Below, piece after piece: positions 8,166 through 16,443 of a DNA stretch of 32,000 bases (positions are counted from its first letter, which is position 1; each line of letters begins with the position of its first letter). The notes below the pieces were generated by a model that worked only from the letters and a program-made list of their open reading frames with translations, made no database searches and had not been told where the DNA came from. The stretch covers positions 660,001 through 692,000 of the forward strand of contig NZ_CP060530.1 in the NCBI RefSeq assembly GCF_016806735.1, given 5' to 3'. A program made the translations under genes and the position numbers. This stretch comes from Candidatus Micrarchaeum sp. (lineage in GTDB: Archaea; Micrarchaeota; Micrarchaeia; Micrarchaeales; Micrarchaeaceae).

Positions 8166-8561
8166 ATGGAGGGTATAAAGCTTTCTAGCCTTAATGAGGT
8201 TCTGGGCAAACTCAGCAGCGCGATACGCTCTTTTGTAAAAGACATAAGCGACCTTTCGGAGGAAAACAAGAACGTCAGCTTGACGGAGATAAGGGAGCTG
8301 AGGAACTTCGCAAAGGATAAGATAGACGAAGGCAAGGACCCGGTAGAGAACGCAAGGATAATAAACCTGCTCAATGTCTTCGTTGAGGACAAGAATTTCA
8401 TAGAGCTTACAAAAGAGGATGCCGAAGAATGGGTTTCATTCCTGGAAACCATAGAATCCAGCATAAGCAAGGGCGACATAAAGCTCAACAGCAAGGAGGA
8501 GAAGGAGCTCAAAGACATAAAGGATCTGACCGAGCAGATAAAAGGCCTTATAAGGAAATAG
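8166..8561 (+). CDS. small acidic helical protein, unknown function
   Basis: ATG preceded by GTGAT-AGC (SD, 3-nt spacer) and by a TTTTAAAC TATA-like element ~30 nt upstream. E/K-rich helical composition. The antisense ORF has S/L-rich shadow composition. Confidence 0.55.
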   Translation: MEGIKLSSLNEVLGKLSSAIRSFVKDISDLSEENKNVSLTEIRELRNFAKDKIDEGKDPVENARIINLLNVFVEDKNFIELTKEDAEEWVSFLETIESSISKGDIKLNSKEEKELKDIKDLTEQIKGLIRK

Positions 8562-8635
8562 CACAGGGAGCAAAACGCATGCTTACTCGGCCGGCCCTAC
8601 AAAATGAGGAAAAAGCATAAAGATAAAATAAGAGG

Positions 8636-8659
8636 AATGGGGCTTTAGGCCCCATTTTC
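8636..8659. terminator. bidirectional hairpin terminator between convergent genes
   Basis: AATGGGGC-TTTAG-GCCCCATT, an 8-bp stem, followed by TTTT on the plus strand and flanked by T-runs (CTTTGTTTTG, CTTATTTTATC) on the minus strand. Confidence 0.55.
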
Positions 8660-8679
8660 AAAACAAAGCCCTCCGGCAA

Positions 8680-10632
8680 TCATACGAAGGTTATGCCCTG
8701 CAGTGAGCCGCACGCCTTTTTAAGGGAATCGTTCACATAGCTCCAGCTTGCATCAGTATAGCCCGAAAAGTCATTGCCGTATGCGTCCAGAAGGGTCTTT
8801 TTGACCTTCTTGTATTCCGCAGTTCCAAATGCTTTCTTTACCGCGTTGGTTATTGACGTGTTGGAACCCTCGAAAAGCATTGACGTAAGGACTGACGCAC
8901 GAGCCTTCTCCAGCTTCTCTGCGGCGTCCTTGGACGAGACGTCTATTCCGTCGAATTGCTTGACCAGGGCCATTTTTATCGATGTGCGTGATTTTGCCGG
9001 CAGAAGGCTGTCGAACTGCATCAGCAGCGCCTTGTTCCCGTATTTTATTACCGAGAACGTATCTATTGCACCTACCTGCTGGTTTGTAGCCACTGCATCT
9101 TCAATTTTCTTCCTGGATTTTTCGTACTCGTCCTGCTCCGCCTTTGAAAGGCTGGATATGTTAAGCGTTTTTGTGTTGTCCAGCAGGTCGCTTATTTGCG
9201 AATAGCCCATTGTAGTCAGTACTGCCTGGTCAATCAGGTTAGATGCAGTTGCAGTTGGTTTTGCAGATTCCAGCTTTCCTATGAATTCGTTGTATATTTC
9301 GCCATTCAAGGATTTTTTTTTCAGATCGTCGACTATGTGAAGCCTGTCCTGCTTTAGCTTGTCAGCAGCCACGTTCTTGGTTCCCAGGGTAGTCATCTCC
9401 CTGAGTGCGGCGAATGCTGCTTCGTACGATATTAGGTTTGCTGCAACAATCTGGAATTTGGAATGGCCTGCTGAATTCTTGTTAAGAAACAGGTCAGAGT
9501 GGCTTTTTACGAGATCGTCGTAAGCCTTTTCCCTGGAAGCTCCGAGCCAGCTGTTCTTGGTGCTTCCCAGCTTTACCGCCTTTTCAAGTATTTCCTTTAC
9601 TGCCTGTACCTCGGCTTTCTTCAGGAATTCCTTGTATTCCTTCCTCATCTTTACCATTTTCTTTTTCAGGCCCTTTATGTGGTAGTTCGACGCCATTTCC
9701 GTAAGCTGGCGGGTAAGTTCAGCCGCACTGGGATCCGCCAGGTTTAAAGCTATTATGGAATTCATATCGTTCCCTGAAAAGAACTGCGAATAAGCCTCTG
9801 CCTTAAGGTACTGCGGATCCTTCAGCATTTCTGGCGTTACGTTTATCTTCGATTCAATCTGGGTTACTTTGCTCCAGAACTCCTTTGGCGCCATAGCCGT
9901 GGCTTTATCCATGGTCAATGGCTTACCTATATTTTTTGGGTCCGTGAGCTTCAATCCGTTCACGTATGTATACATCGGGTTTGATACGTCCTTGAACTCT
10001 GTACGCTTGTTTTCTATTGTTTTTATATTTGCTACCTCTGCTGCGAGCCTGCTGTTTATTCCCTTCATTGCATCCATTTCCATTTTGTTTATGAGATCCT
10101 TTGTTGGGTCAGGGTCCACCAGGTGGTAGGTAGAAGCGTTTTTCTGGTCATACCTTGCCTGCTCAAAAACATCCTTTTCTTTTCCGTATTTTGACTGCAG
10201 ATAGTCTATGTAGGTATTAATCATCAGGTATGGATCTCCGGCATACTGGCTTGCCCTATACTGCGGCTTGACGTAGTTGTCTGCCCTTTCTTTTGACATG
10301 TCAAAAACGTTGTGGGCGTCATTTATCTCAGTTGCCGAATACTTTTTTTGATTGGGATTCTTATTTACGTAAGATATCTTCTCAACAGCTTCGTGAAGCT
10401 CTCTAAGCCTCTTCATTTCCGACTTAATGCCCTGTGCATTTAGAACTTCGCCGAATATTTGCTGTCCTAGCCCTTTTATCTGGCCGACATCATCCTTGGT
10501 CTTTATTGCTACGAAAGCTGCCTCGTTTTCATGGGGCTTTAGCACTTGGTCAACCGTTTGAACCAATGTATCGCTTGACTTTAATGCCTTTTTATAATAT
10601 TTATTGCTCTTAGCTGGTATAGTTATCGGCAT
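8680..10632 (-). CDS. 650-aa soluble helical protein, no recognisable domain (orphan)
   Basis: Long uninterrupted ORF. ATG preceded by TTTATAGGTGAATAG (GGTGA SD, 4-nt spacer) and by an ATATATAAATATT TATA region. No TM segment, signal peptide, P-loop or metal motif seen. Confidence 0.7.
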   Translation of the reverse strand: MPITIPAKSNKYYKKALKSSDTLVQTVDQVLKPHENEAAFVAIKTKDDVGQIKGLGQQIFGEVLNAQGIKSEMKRLRELHEAVEKISYVNKNPNQKKYSATEINDAHNVFDMSKERADNYVKPQYRASQYAGDPYLMINTYIDYLQSKYGKEKDVFEQARYDQKNASTYHLVDPDPTKDLINKMEMDAMKGINSRLAAEVANIKTIENKRTEFKDVSNPMYTYVNGLKLTDPKNIGKPLTMDKATAMAPKEFWSKVTQIESKINVTPEMLKDPQYLKAEAYSQFFSGNDMNSIIALNLADPSAAELTRQLTEMASNYHIKGLKKKMVKMRKEYKEFLKKAEVQAVKEILEKAVKLGSTKNSWLGASREKAYDDLVKSHSDLFLNKNSAGHSKFQIVAANLISYEAAFAALREMTTLGTKNVAADKLKQDRLHIVDDLKKKSLNGEIYNEFIGKLESAKPTATASNLIDQAVLTTMGYSQISDLLDNTKTLNISSLSKAEQDEYEKSRKKIEDAVATNQQVGAIDTFSVIKYGNKALLMQFDSLLPAKSRTSIKMALVKQFDGIDVSSKDAAEKLEKARASVLTSMLFEGSNTSITNAVKKAFGTAEYKKVKKTLLDAYGNDFSGYTDASWSYVNDSLKKACGSLQGITFV

Positions 10633-10703
10633 CTATTCACCTATAAATCATTATGAATGCATGTAATATTTATATATTATCGCAGTGTCCCCTTTTTGCG
10701 TTT

Positions 10704-11501
10704 TTAGGCTTTTAGCCTTGCTGGCGCAAATTTCGGATTTGCATATCTGCATAATTTTGCAGCAGGGCATTCGCCGCACGCTGGTTTCGTCTTGCAGTAT
10801 CTTTTTCCCAGCTCTACGAACTGCGCGTGAAAATCCTTGTACAGCTCCAGTTTTTGGGGCAACGCAGATTCGAATACCGCTTTTAGGCTGTCATAGCTTA
10901 TATCTGCAGGGATGCCGAACACCCTGTGCATTATCCTCCTTGTATATGCATCTATGACGAAAGTTGGCTTTCCGGCAGCATATAGCACTATGGAATCGGC
11001 GGTCTCCGGCCCTATCCCTCTCATGTCCAGCAATGTTTTCCTGAGGATTTTTGTGTCAAGGCCCAATAAGCCGCTGAGAGAGCCATAATCGGAGATTATT
11101 TTTGAGGAAAGAGAGCTAAGCCTTCCCGCCTTCTGCCGGTAATAGCCGCTTGGCCTGACTAATTTCTCTATATCGCTAGTTTCCATCCTTGAAAGCGCGC
11201 GTATGCTCAGGGCCCGCGAGCCCTTTAGGTTTGATATTGCCTTTTCCACGTTGAGCCATGTGGTCTGCTGCGTCAGTATGGCCCCTATGAAAATCTCGTC
11301 CTCGGTGTCTCCGGGCCACCAGTTAAGGAAACCGAACACGGACCTCATGCTGCCGTACAGCTTTATAAGTTCCCTGCCGGAAGGAATAGGGATATTGCCC
11401 TTGGGAGAAAGCCCATTCAGAGCTTTATCTCTCCGGACTTTATCCTTGCTATTATGGCCTTCGGATTTTCGTTCTCGCAATTCACTCCCATGCTCTTGCA
11501 C
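10704..11501 (-). CDS. endonuclease III-like HhH-GPD DNA glycosylase with a 4Fe-4S cluster loop
   Basis: WWPGDTEDEIFIGAILTQQTTW, the HhH segment LLDMRGIGPETAD, and the C-terminal CKTKPACGECPAAKLC (C-x6-C-x2-C-x5-C). The start is uncertain. GTG 11501 or TTG 11480 would overlap the L11 3' end by 64-85 nt. The first ATG (11348) removes a conserved N-terminal segment. Confidence 0.75.
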   Translation of the reverse strand: MQEHGSELRERKSEGHNSKDKVRRDKALNGLSPKGNIPIPSGRELIKLYGSMRSVFGFLNWWPGDTEDEIFIGAILTQQTTWLNVEKAISNLKGSRALSIRALSRMETSDIEKLVRPSGYYRQKAGRLSSLSSKIISDYGSLSGLLGLDTKILRKTLLDMRGIGPETADSIVLYAAGKPTFVIDAYTRRIMHRVFGIPADISYDSLKAVFESALPQKLELYKDFHAQFVELGKRYCKTKPACGECPAAKLCRYANPKFAPARLKA

Positions 11502-11884
11502 GTGCCAAGCACCTGATTTACGCGCTCCGCAATGCTTTTGCCGTAGAGCTTGGCTTCCTTGGATTTTGCTATCTTCTTGACCTGTTCCAGGGTTATGTTG
11601 CCCACAACTTCATCCTTGGCCTTTGCTCCGGCTGCTACGCCAATCTCCTTTAGTATCAGGGCGCTGGTTGGCGGCGCTCCTATCTCGACCTTGAATGACT
11701 TGGTAGCTGAATCTACTATGACCTTGACCGGCACCTTTATGCCTGAAAATCCTTCAGTCTTCTTGTTTATTTCAGCTATTATCGCGTTTATGTTCACGCC
11801 TAGCGGACCCAATGCCGGGCCAAAAGGTGGGCCTCCTGTTGCCTTGCCTCCCTCAATCAATCCATTTATTGTAACTTCGCTCAT
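11417..11884 (-). CDS. rpl11: 50S ribosomal protein L11
   Basis: ATG start. GGKATGGPPFGPALGPLGVNI and the following KOW-like/L11 pattern. Lies immediately downstream of spt5. Confidence 0.95.
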   Translation of the reverse strand: MSEVTINGLIEGGKATGGPPFGPALGPLGVNINAIIAEINKKTEGFSGIKVPVKVIVDSATKSFKVEIGAPPTSALILKEIGVAAGAKAKDEVVGNITLEQVKKIAKSKEAKLYGKSIAERVNQVLGTCKSMGVNCENENPKAIIARIKSGEIKL

Positions 11885-11888
11885 TCTC

Positions 11889-12350
11889 TCATTCCTCGTC
11901 GTTCTTTGCTTTTTGTATCACTTTGGCAGTATTTATCTTTGTGGTTATTGGTATTGGCACTACCACATCCATAAGCTCAACGGTCATGTCGTTCTTCGTA
12001 TCGTCTATCTTTAGGACCTTGGCTTTATAGCCCTTGAACGGCCCTGTGCTGAATTCCACTGTGTCGCCCTTTTGTATGTCCTGGGCCTTGCTTGGCATGC
12101 TGACAAGCTTGTCTATCTCCTCCTGTGAGAGCGGCTTCGAGAGTACGCCCCTTACGTTGTGCTCCTTGCTCACGAACTCCCTGCAGGCGAGCTCGTCTTC
12201 GGCTTCTATTATTATGTAGCCGCGCATGCCTTCGACTATCATTATGGAGTAAACTTTCTGGTCGCCCTTGCCGGCCTTGCTCTGCAGCATGTTGGCCACG
12301 ATCCTTTCCTGGCCAGATGTAACCTTGACTACGAAATACATGAACTTCAC
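11889..12350 (-). CDS. spt5: transcription elongation factor Spt5 (NusG homologue), NGN plus KOW
   Basis: NGN start pattern (M)YFVVKVTSGQE and KOW segment KGDTVEFSTGPFKGYKAKV. The probable real start is ATG 12341; the track start is GTG 12350. Confidence 0.9.
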   Translation of the reverse strand: MKFMYFVVKVTSGQERIVANMLQSKAGKGDQKVYSIMIVEGMRGYIIIEAEDELACREFVSKEHNVRGVLSKPLSQEEIDKLVSMPSKAQDIQKGDTVEFSTGPFKGYKAKVLKIDDTKNDMTVELMDVVVPIPITTKINTAKVIQKAKNDEE

Positions 12351-12355
12351 TTGCC

Positions 12356-12386
12356 ATTAAATTTATATGCTGCAATTTATAATTAT
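12356..12386. promoter_or_regulatory. compact divergent promoter with two TATA boxes (spt5-rpl11 leftward, trm5 rightward)
   Basis: AAATTTATATG (about 12358-12368) lies ~25 nt from the spt5 ATG 12341, which would give a leaderless-type transcript. ATTTATAATTA (about 12375-12385) lies ~40 nt before the trm5 ATG 12422. Confidence 0.5.
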
Positions 12387-12421
12387 TTCCTTGGACTATC
12401 ATAGACGTGAGATGTGTGCAC

Positions 12422-13477
12422 ATGCAATACCTGGAAGTCAAGAAGCAATATGCCCAAAATGCCAAAGCATTCCTTTCTAAGAACAACCTGCTAGCTAACG
12501 GCTTCAAAGTGCTTCATAGCGCACGCTACGTATATTTTCCGCTTACTATTTATCCAGCAAGTAATAAAAACCTTGCACATTTCGCCGATTCGATAGATGC
12601 CAAAGTAAAAGAGCGCGAAGCGGCGCATGAAAAGGGCAGCAGAAAGCCGGATTACGAGGAAGAGTTGAAAAAGATGCTAAAGCCTGAAGAGAGGAAAGAG
12701 CTCGCCAGGGGCTACGATCCGTTCGGCAGCATTGCAATAATAGAGCTTTCCGACAAGCTTAAGCCCAAAGAGGCTGCGATAGGCATGGCGCTAATAAAAG
12801 GCAGCAGCACGGTGACTACGGTGCTGGCTAAGAGCGGCCCTGTCAAGGGAGTATACAGGACAAGAAGCGTTAGGTACGTGGCTGGCAAGCATACCTACAT
12901 GGCCAGCTACAAGGAGAACGGATGCAGCTTCGTATTCGATGTCAGGAAGGTTTTCTTCTCCCCAAGGCTGTCGTATGAGAGATCAAGGATATCCAAGCTC
13001 GTAAAAGACGGCGAAAAAGTCGCGGTGCCGTTCGCCGGCGTGGGGCCGTTTGCCATAGAGATAGCAAAGAGCCACCCAAAGGCAAGCGTGCTTGCGATTG
13101 AGCTGAATCCGAGCGCATACGGCTACATGCTTAAGAATATAGAGCTAAACAGGGTTGCCAATGTAAGGGCTTACAATGGCGACTTTGGGAAACTGGCTGC
13201 GATGCACAGGGGCTTTGCAGACAGGGTAGTAATGCCGATGCCAAAGACAAGCCTGGATTTTATAAAGGCTGCTTGCACTGTGGCCAAGGACGCCGCGATT
13301 TTCCACATATATTCGTTCTGCGATGCCGACAAAGTTGACGAAGCCATAAATGAAATGGCAAAGCGTTTCAAAGAAGAAAAAAGGGATTTCACGCTTATTG
13401 GAGTGCGCACGGTAAGGCCGTATTCCAAGGACGAGATAGAAATAGTAGTTGACGCAAAGGCAGTTTCGGAAGTGTAA
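12422..13477 (+). CDS. trm5: tRNA (guanine37-N1)-methyltransferase Trm5/Taw22 family
   Basis: Class I SAM-MTase core (VAVPFAGVGPFAIEIAK, AIELNP), the met-10 type body and an N-terminal D1-like domain. ATG 12422; the track start GTG 12407 is 5 codons earlier. Confidence 0.8.
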   Translation: MQYLEVKKQYAQNAKAFLSKNNLLANGFKVLHSARYVYFPLTIYPASNKNLAHFADSIDAKVKEREAAHEKGSRKPDYEEELKKMLKPEERKELARGYDPFGSIAIIELSDKLKPKEAAIGMALIKGSSTVTTVLAKSGPVKGVYRTRSVRYVAGKHTYMASYKENGCSFVFDVRKVFFSPRLSYERSRISKLVKDGEKVAVPFAGVGPFAIEIAKSHPKASVLAIELNPSAYGYMLKNIELNRVANVRAYNGDFGKLAAMHRGFADRVVMPMPKTSLDFIKAACTVAKDAAIFHIYSFCDADKVDEAINEMAKRFKEEKRDFTLIGVRTVRPYSKDEIEIVVDAKAVSEV

Positions 13478-13484
13478 TGCGCCA

Positions 13485-14513
13485 TCAGCTGCTTTCTTTT
13501 TCCATTGCCTGCTTCTCCTTTGCAAGGGACATTATGCGCCTGTATGTCTGCGGGTGCGTAGACAGCATTGAATTGAGCATGCCTAGAAGCCCGTTGCGCG
13601 ACTGCCTTTCCGCCTTTATTACGGTGCTTATGTCTATGCCTGGCACCATACCCTTGAGCTGCTCGTAGTGGTTCTTGAGCTCCCACATGTCCTTGTCAAT
13701 ATTGAAGAAGTCGATTACATAGAATGCTCGCGCCGAAGTTGCGCTCTTGGAGCCGTTTTTAGTCTTGAAGTTGGCGTATGATATTTTGTACAGGGCCCTT
13801 GCCAGGTTTTCGGGTTTATGCGTGCTCTCTGCGCAGTATAGGTCGGCGTATGACTCCCGCTGGCGCGAAACGGGCAGCACTATGAACTCGGATATGAAAT
13901 ACACCACGAATGCGAGCATGCCGAACAATATCAGGTATGATGCTGCATTCCTGCTTTCGTCAAAGAAGCTGGTCCAAAGCACGTCCCTGGAAATCAGGTA
14001 GGCAAGCATTGGCACGAAAGATGCGAAAGTCATTATGGAAAAGTCCCCGTGCATTATGTGCGCCATCTCGTGGACTATCACTGCCCTCAACTCCTCGGCG
14101 CTCAGGGCAGAAAGCAGGCCCTCGTGTATAGCCAGAGTGGAGCCGTGTTTTGTGCGGCCGAACACGAAAGCATTAGGCTCCCTGGCAGGAACTATGGCAA
14201 GCCTCGGCGGCTTCATGCCATACTCTTTTGAGAGTTCAAACACCATCTCCTGCAACTGTGGGTATTCCTCATTGCCCACATACCTGAGCTTGGTGGCCAT
14301 TATTATCAGCTTTGGGGATATGTAAAATTGGAAAACGAAAACAGCGACCGCAGCTATGAGCGTCTCGTATATATCCAATCCCAAGTAAAATGTTATAACC
14401 CATATTATGGCAAATCCTATGGCCAGGGACAGCGCCAGAGTTAGCGCAATTTTTGCCAAAAGCTCCGCTAAAGCGATTGAGGCTGGGCCATTTTTGACGT
14501 TCGGAAAAGCCAC
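13485..14513 (-). CDS. htpX: HtpX-type M48 zinc metalloprotease (membrane)
   Basis: HEMAHIMHGD (HExxH), four hydrophobic segments and a typical HtpX length. GTG start. Convergent with trm5 across a 7-nt gap. Confidence 0.85.
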   Translation of the reverse strand: MAFPNVKNGPASIALAELLAKIALTLALSLAIGFAIIWVITFYLGLDIYETLIAAVAVFVFQFYISPKLIIMATKLRYVGNEEYPQLQEMVFELSKEYGMKPPRLAIVPAREPNAFVFGRTKHGSTLAIHEGLLSALSAEELRAVIVHEMAHIMHGDFSIMTFASFVPMLAYLISRDVLWTSFFDESRNAASYLILFGMLAFVVYFISEFIVLPVSRQRESYADLYCAESTHKPENLARALYKISYANFKTKNGSKSATSARAFYVIDFFNIDKDMWELKNHYEQLKGMVPGIDISTVIKAERQSRNGLLGMLNSMLSTHPQTYRRIMSLAKEKQAMEKESS

Positions 14514-14627
14514 ACTTAATTTTTATATCAAACATTTTATATAGCAATAGAATGTGCACTTGCCGGGCAGCACAATGTTTTTATATACTGAATCACAATA
14601 ACAATTGACCAGACCTGTGATGACCCG

Positions 14628-15377
14628 ATGGAGATAATAAAGCGATCGGAATCCATAGAGAGCTACGCTACCGAAGACGGTTTCGACATAGTGGAACTTG
14701 TAGGCAATGCAACGTGGAAGGAGCTAATAATAATGCTGGTTGAAACCAACAAGCTAGACCCTTGGAACATAGACATAACCAAAATCGTAGATTCGTATGT
14801 AGAAACTATAAACAAGATGAAACTGCTTGACCTTTTCATGCCTGCCAACGTGATATTCGCAGCTTCTGTGCTGCTTCGCATCAAAAGCGACACTATGAAG
14901 TTTTTCGAAGAGCCTGCAGAGGAATTTTACGACGATGCTGAGCAGCCGGCTCGCGATAGGCCTGAAGTTGGAGAACTTGTACCAAGGACAAGGCGCCAGC
15001 CCCAGGCAAGGATAACGCTGGAGCAGCTAGTAGCTGCTCTCGATGACGCGATAAAGCTGGAGGCCAAGCGCGTAGAAAGGGAAAGGTTCTTCGCCGAGCC
15101 AATAGAGCTGAACATAGAAGTAGAAGACATAGACAAAAAGATTGAAGATGTTCTAAAGCTCGTCTCGGATAATTCCGACAAGTACGGCATAACCTCTTTC
15201 AATTCTGTCAAAAGGTATTTCCCGGATGGATATGGAATGCTCATGGACTTTTTCGTCCCCCTGTTATATTTGCACAACAACGGCACCATAGCCATGTCGC
15301 AGGAGGAGTTCTTCGGCGAGATAATGATAAAGATAATAAGGCGCGAAAGGACGGCGCCTGAAAAGGCAGTGAGTTGA
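14628..15377 (+). CDS. scpA: segregation and condensation protein A (kleisin)
   Basis: LDPWNIDITKIVDSYVETI...ANVIFAASVLLRIKS has the ScpA N-terminal pattern. ATG preceded by GTGAT (6-nt spacer). Followed by scpB. Confidence 0.8.
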   Translation: MEIIKRSESIESYATEDGFDIVELVGNATWKELIIMLVETNKLDPWNIDITKIVDSYVETINKMKLLDLFMPANVIFAASVLLRIKSDTMKFFEEPAEEFYDDAEQPARDRPEVGELVPRTRRQPQARITLEQLVAALDDAIKLEAKRVERERFFAEPIELNIEVEDIDKKIEDVLKLVSDNSDKYGITSFNSVKRYFPDGYGMLMDFFVPLLYLHNNGTIAMSQEEFFGEIMIKIIRRERTAPEKAVS

Positions 15378-15856
15378 TGTCTGAGAGTCCGGAAAACGAA
15401 AGCATGAAGCTCATCGAAGCGGTATTGTTTGTTACAGGCAGGGCCATGAGCGTCGACGAGCTGGCAGAAGCAAGCGGCATTGCCTCCAAGGGATATGTAG
15501 AAGGCTTAGTCAAAAAGCTGATGGAAAGATATTCCGGAAGCGACAACGCGCTTGCTATTGTCGCAATAGGCGGCAAGTACATGCTAACCCTGAAAGAGCC
15601 TTACGCCTCGAAGGTCAACAGCCTTGCCGGAACTCCTGAGATATCGAAGGCTGCGCTCAGGATATTGGCTTACATAAGCAGGAAGGAACCGATACTCCAA
15701 AGCGACATTGTAAAGGCTTTCGGCACGTCTGTATACGATCAGATGAAGGAGCTCAAGGAAAAGGATTTTGTCAAGACCGAGGCATATGGCCGGACAAAAA
15801 GAGTAACTACAACACAGAAGTTCCAGGAGTATTTCAACGTGACAAAAGGTCAATAG
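15377..15856 (+). CDS. scpB: segregation and condensation protein B
   Basis: LIEAVLFVTGRAMSVDELAE has the ScpB winged-helix pattern. ATG 15377 overlaps the scpA stop (TGATG). The track start TTG 15374 is one codon earlier. Confidence 0.8.
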   Translation: MSESPENESMKLIEAVLFVTGRAMSVDELAEASGIASKGYVEGLVKKLMERYSGSDNALAIVAIGGKYMLTLKEPYASKVNSLAGTPEISKAALRILAYISRKEPILQSDIVKAFGTSVYDQMKELKEKDFVKTEAYGRTKRVTTTQKFQEYFNVTKGQ

Positions 15857-16437
15857 TCTGGAGGAGTCTCTTTTACCCCATTGGCGTTGTTTATGAATCT
15901 GGCCGCCACAAAAAGCACTGATGAAAGCCTGTTCATATAAGCGAGTATTTCAACATTTTCTATTTTGAAGCTGTTTGCGGCATTTACTACGGATCTTTCT
16001 GCCCTTCTCGCAACTGCACGCGCTTCGTCAGCCGCTGCGGCTTCGACGCAGCCACCTGGCAGCACGAAGCTTGAAAGCGCAGGAAACGCGTGCCCCATAG
16101 AATCCGCGTATGACTCAAGCCTTTGCACATCTTCCCTGCTTATGCGCCTTTTTGGCATGAAGGCTTTGTTGGCAGAAGAGGCTATGTCTGCCCCTATTGA
16201 GAACAGGTCGCTTTGTATAGATGACAATGCGTCTTTTAGCTTAAGATTGCCGCCTTTTATGCTTATGGCGTATTCGTTTTTGTTTATTTCGAGCAGTGCT
16301 ATCAGCGTGCCTATTTTGGTATTCAACTCGTCTATGTCACCCACTGCCCAAAATATCGGGTCGGACTTTGCTGCATGTACGTTGCCTATCGACGTCTCTT
16401 TGTTGTCGCCAAGGCCGGTATAGTATTTTGCAGGCGT
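15850..16437 (-). CDS. PduO-type ATP:cob(I)alamin adenosyltransferase; N-terminus extended to an in-frame ACG (non-canonical start proposed)
   Basis: The track ORF starts at GTG 16344 (MGDIDELNTKIG...). The 31 in-frame codons upstream encode TPAKYYTGLGDNKETSIGNVHAAKSDPIFWA, which matches the family N-terminus (YT-x-x-GD-x-G-x-T ... K-x-D ... G-x-x-DELN). There is no ATG, GTG or TTG between the TAA at 16440-16438 and 16344. The minus-strand junction reads AGGTGATTTTAAACG. The 3' end overlaps scpB by 7 nt (convergent). Confidence 0.75.
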   Translation of the reverse strand, partial: TPAKYYTGLGDNKETSIGNVHAAKSDPIFWAVGDIDELNTKIGTLIALLEINKNEYAISIKGGNLKLKDALSSIQSDLFSIGADIASSANKAFMPKRRISREDVQRLESYADSMGHAFPALSSFVLPGGCVEAAAADEARAVARRAERSVVNAANSFKIENVEILAYMNRLSSVLFVAARFINNANGVKETPPDY

Positions 16438-16443
16438 TTAAAA

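Noticed and set aside
8015-8518. 167-aa minus-strand ORF antisense to the 8166..8561 gene
   Set aside because: Its S/L/F-rich composition is the typical shadow of an E/K-rich gene. The plus-strand ORF has an ATG, a GTGAT SD and a TATA element, while the minus ORF has no signals.
11414-11419. ATG immediately after the L11 stop (TGAATG) as the endonuclease III start, reached by programmed frameshift
   Set aside because: That ATG is out of frame with the glycosylase and its frame terminates after 17 codons. No convincing slippery heptamer was seen. It is mentioned only as an alternative.
14612-14622. GTGATGA resembling a C box of a C/D sRNA
   Set aside because: It sits 6 nt before the scpA ATG, where it functions plausibly as the SD. 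No D box or guide arrangement follows.
11550-16423. Other long antisense or alternate-frame ORFs (11550..12014, 12025..12507, 13171..13686, 14927..15295, 15965..16423)
   Set aside because: Each overlaps a confidently identified gene (L11, Spt5, Trm5/HtpX, ScpA, adenosyltransferase) and shows low-complexity or Arg/Ser/Cys-biased shadow composition.
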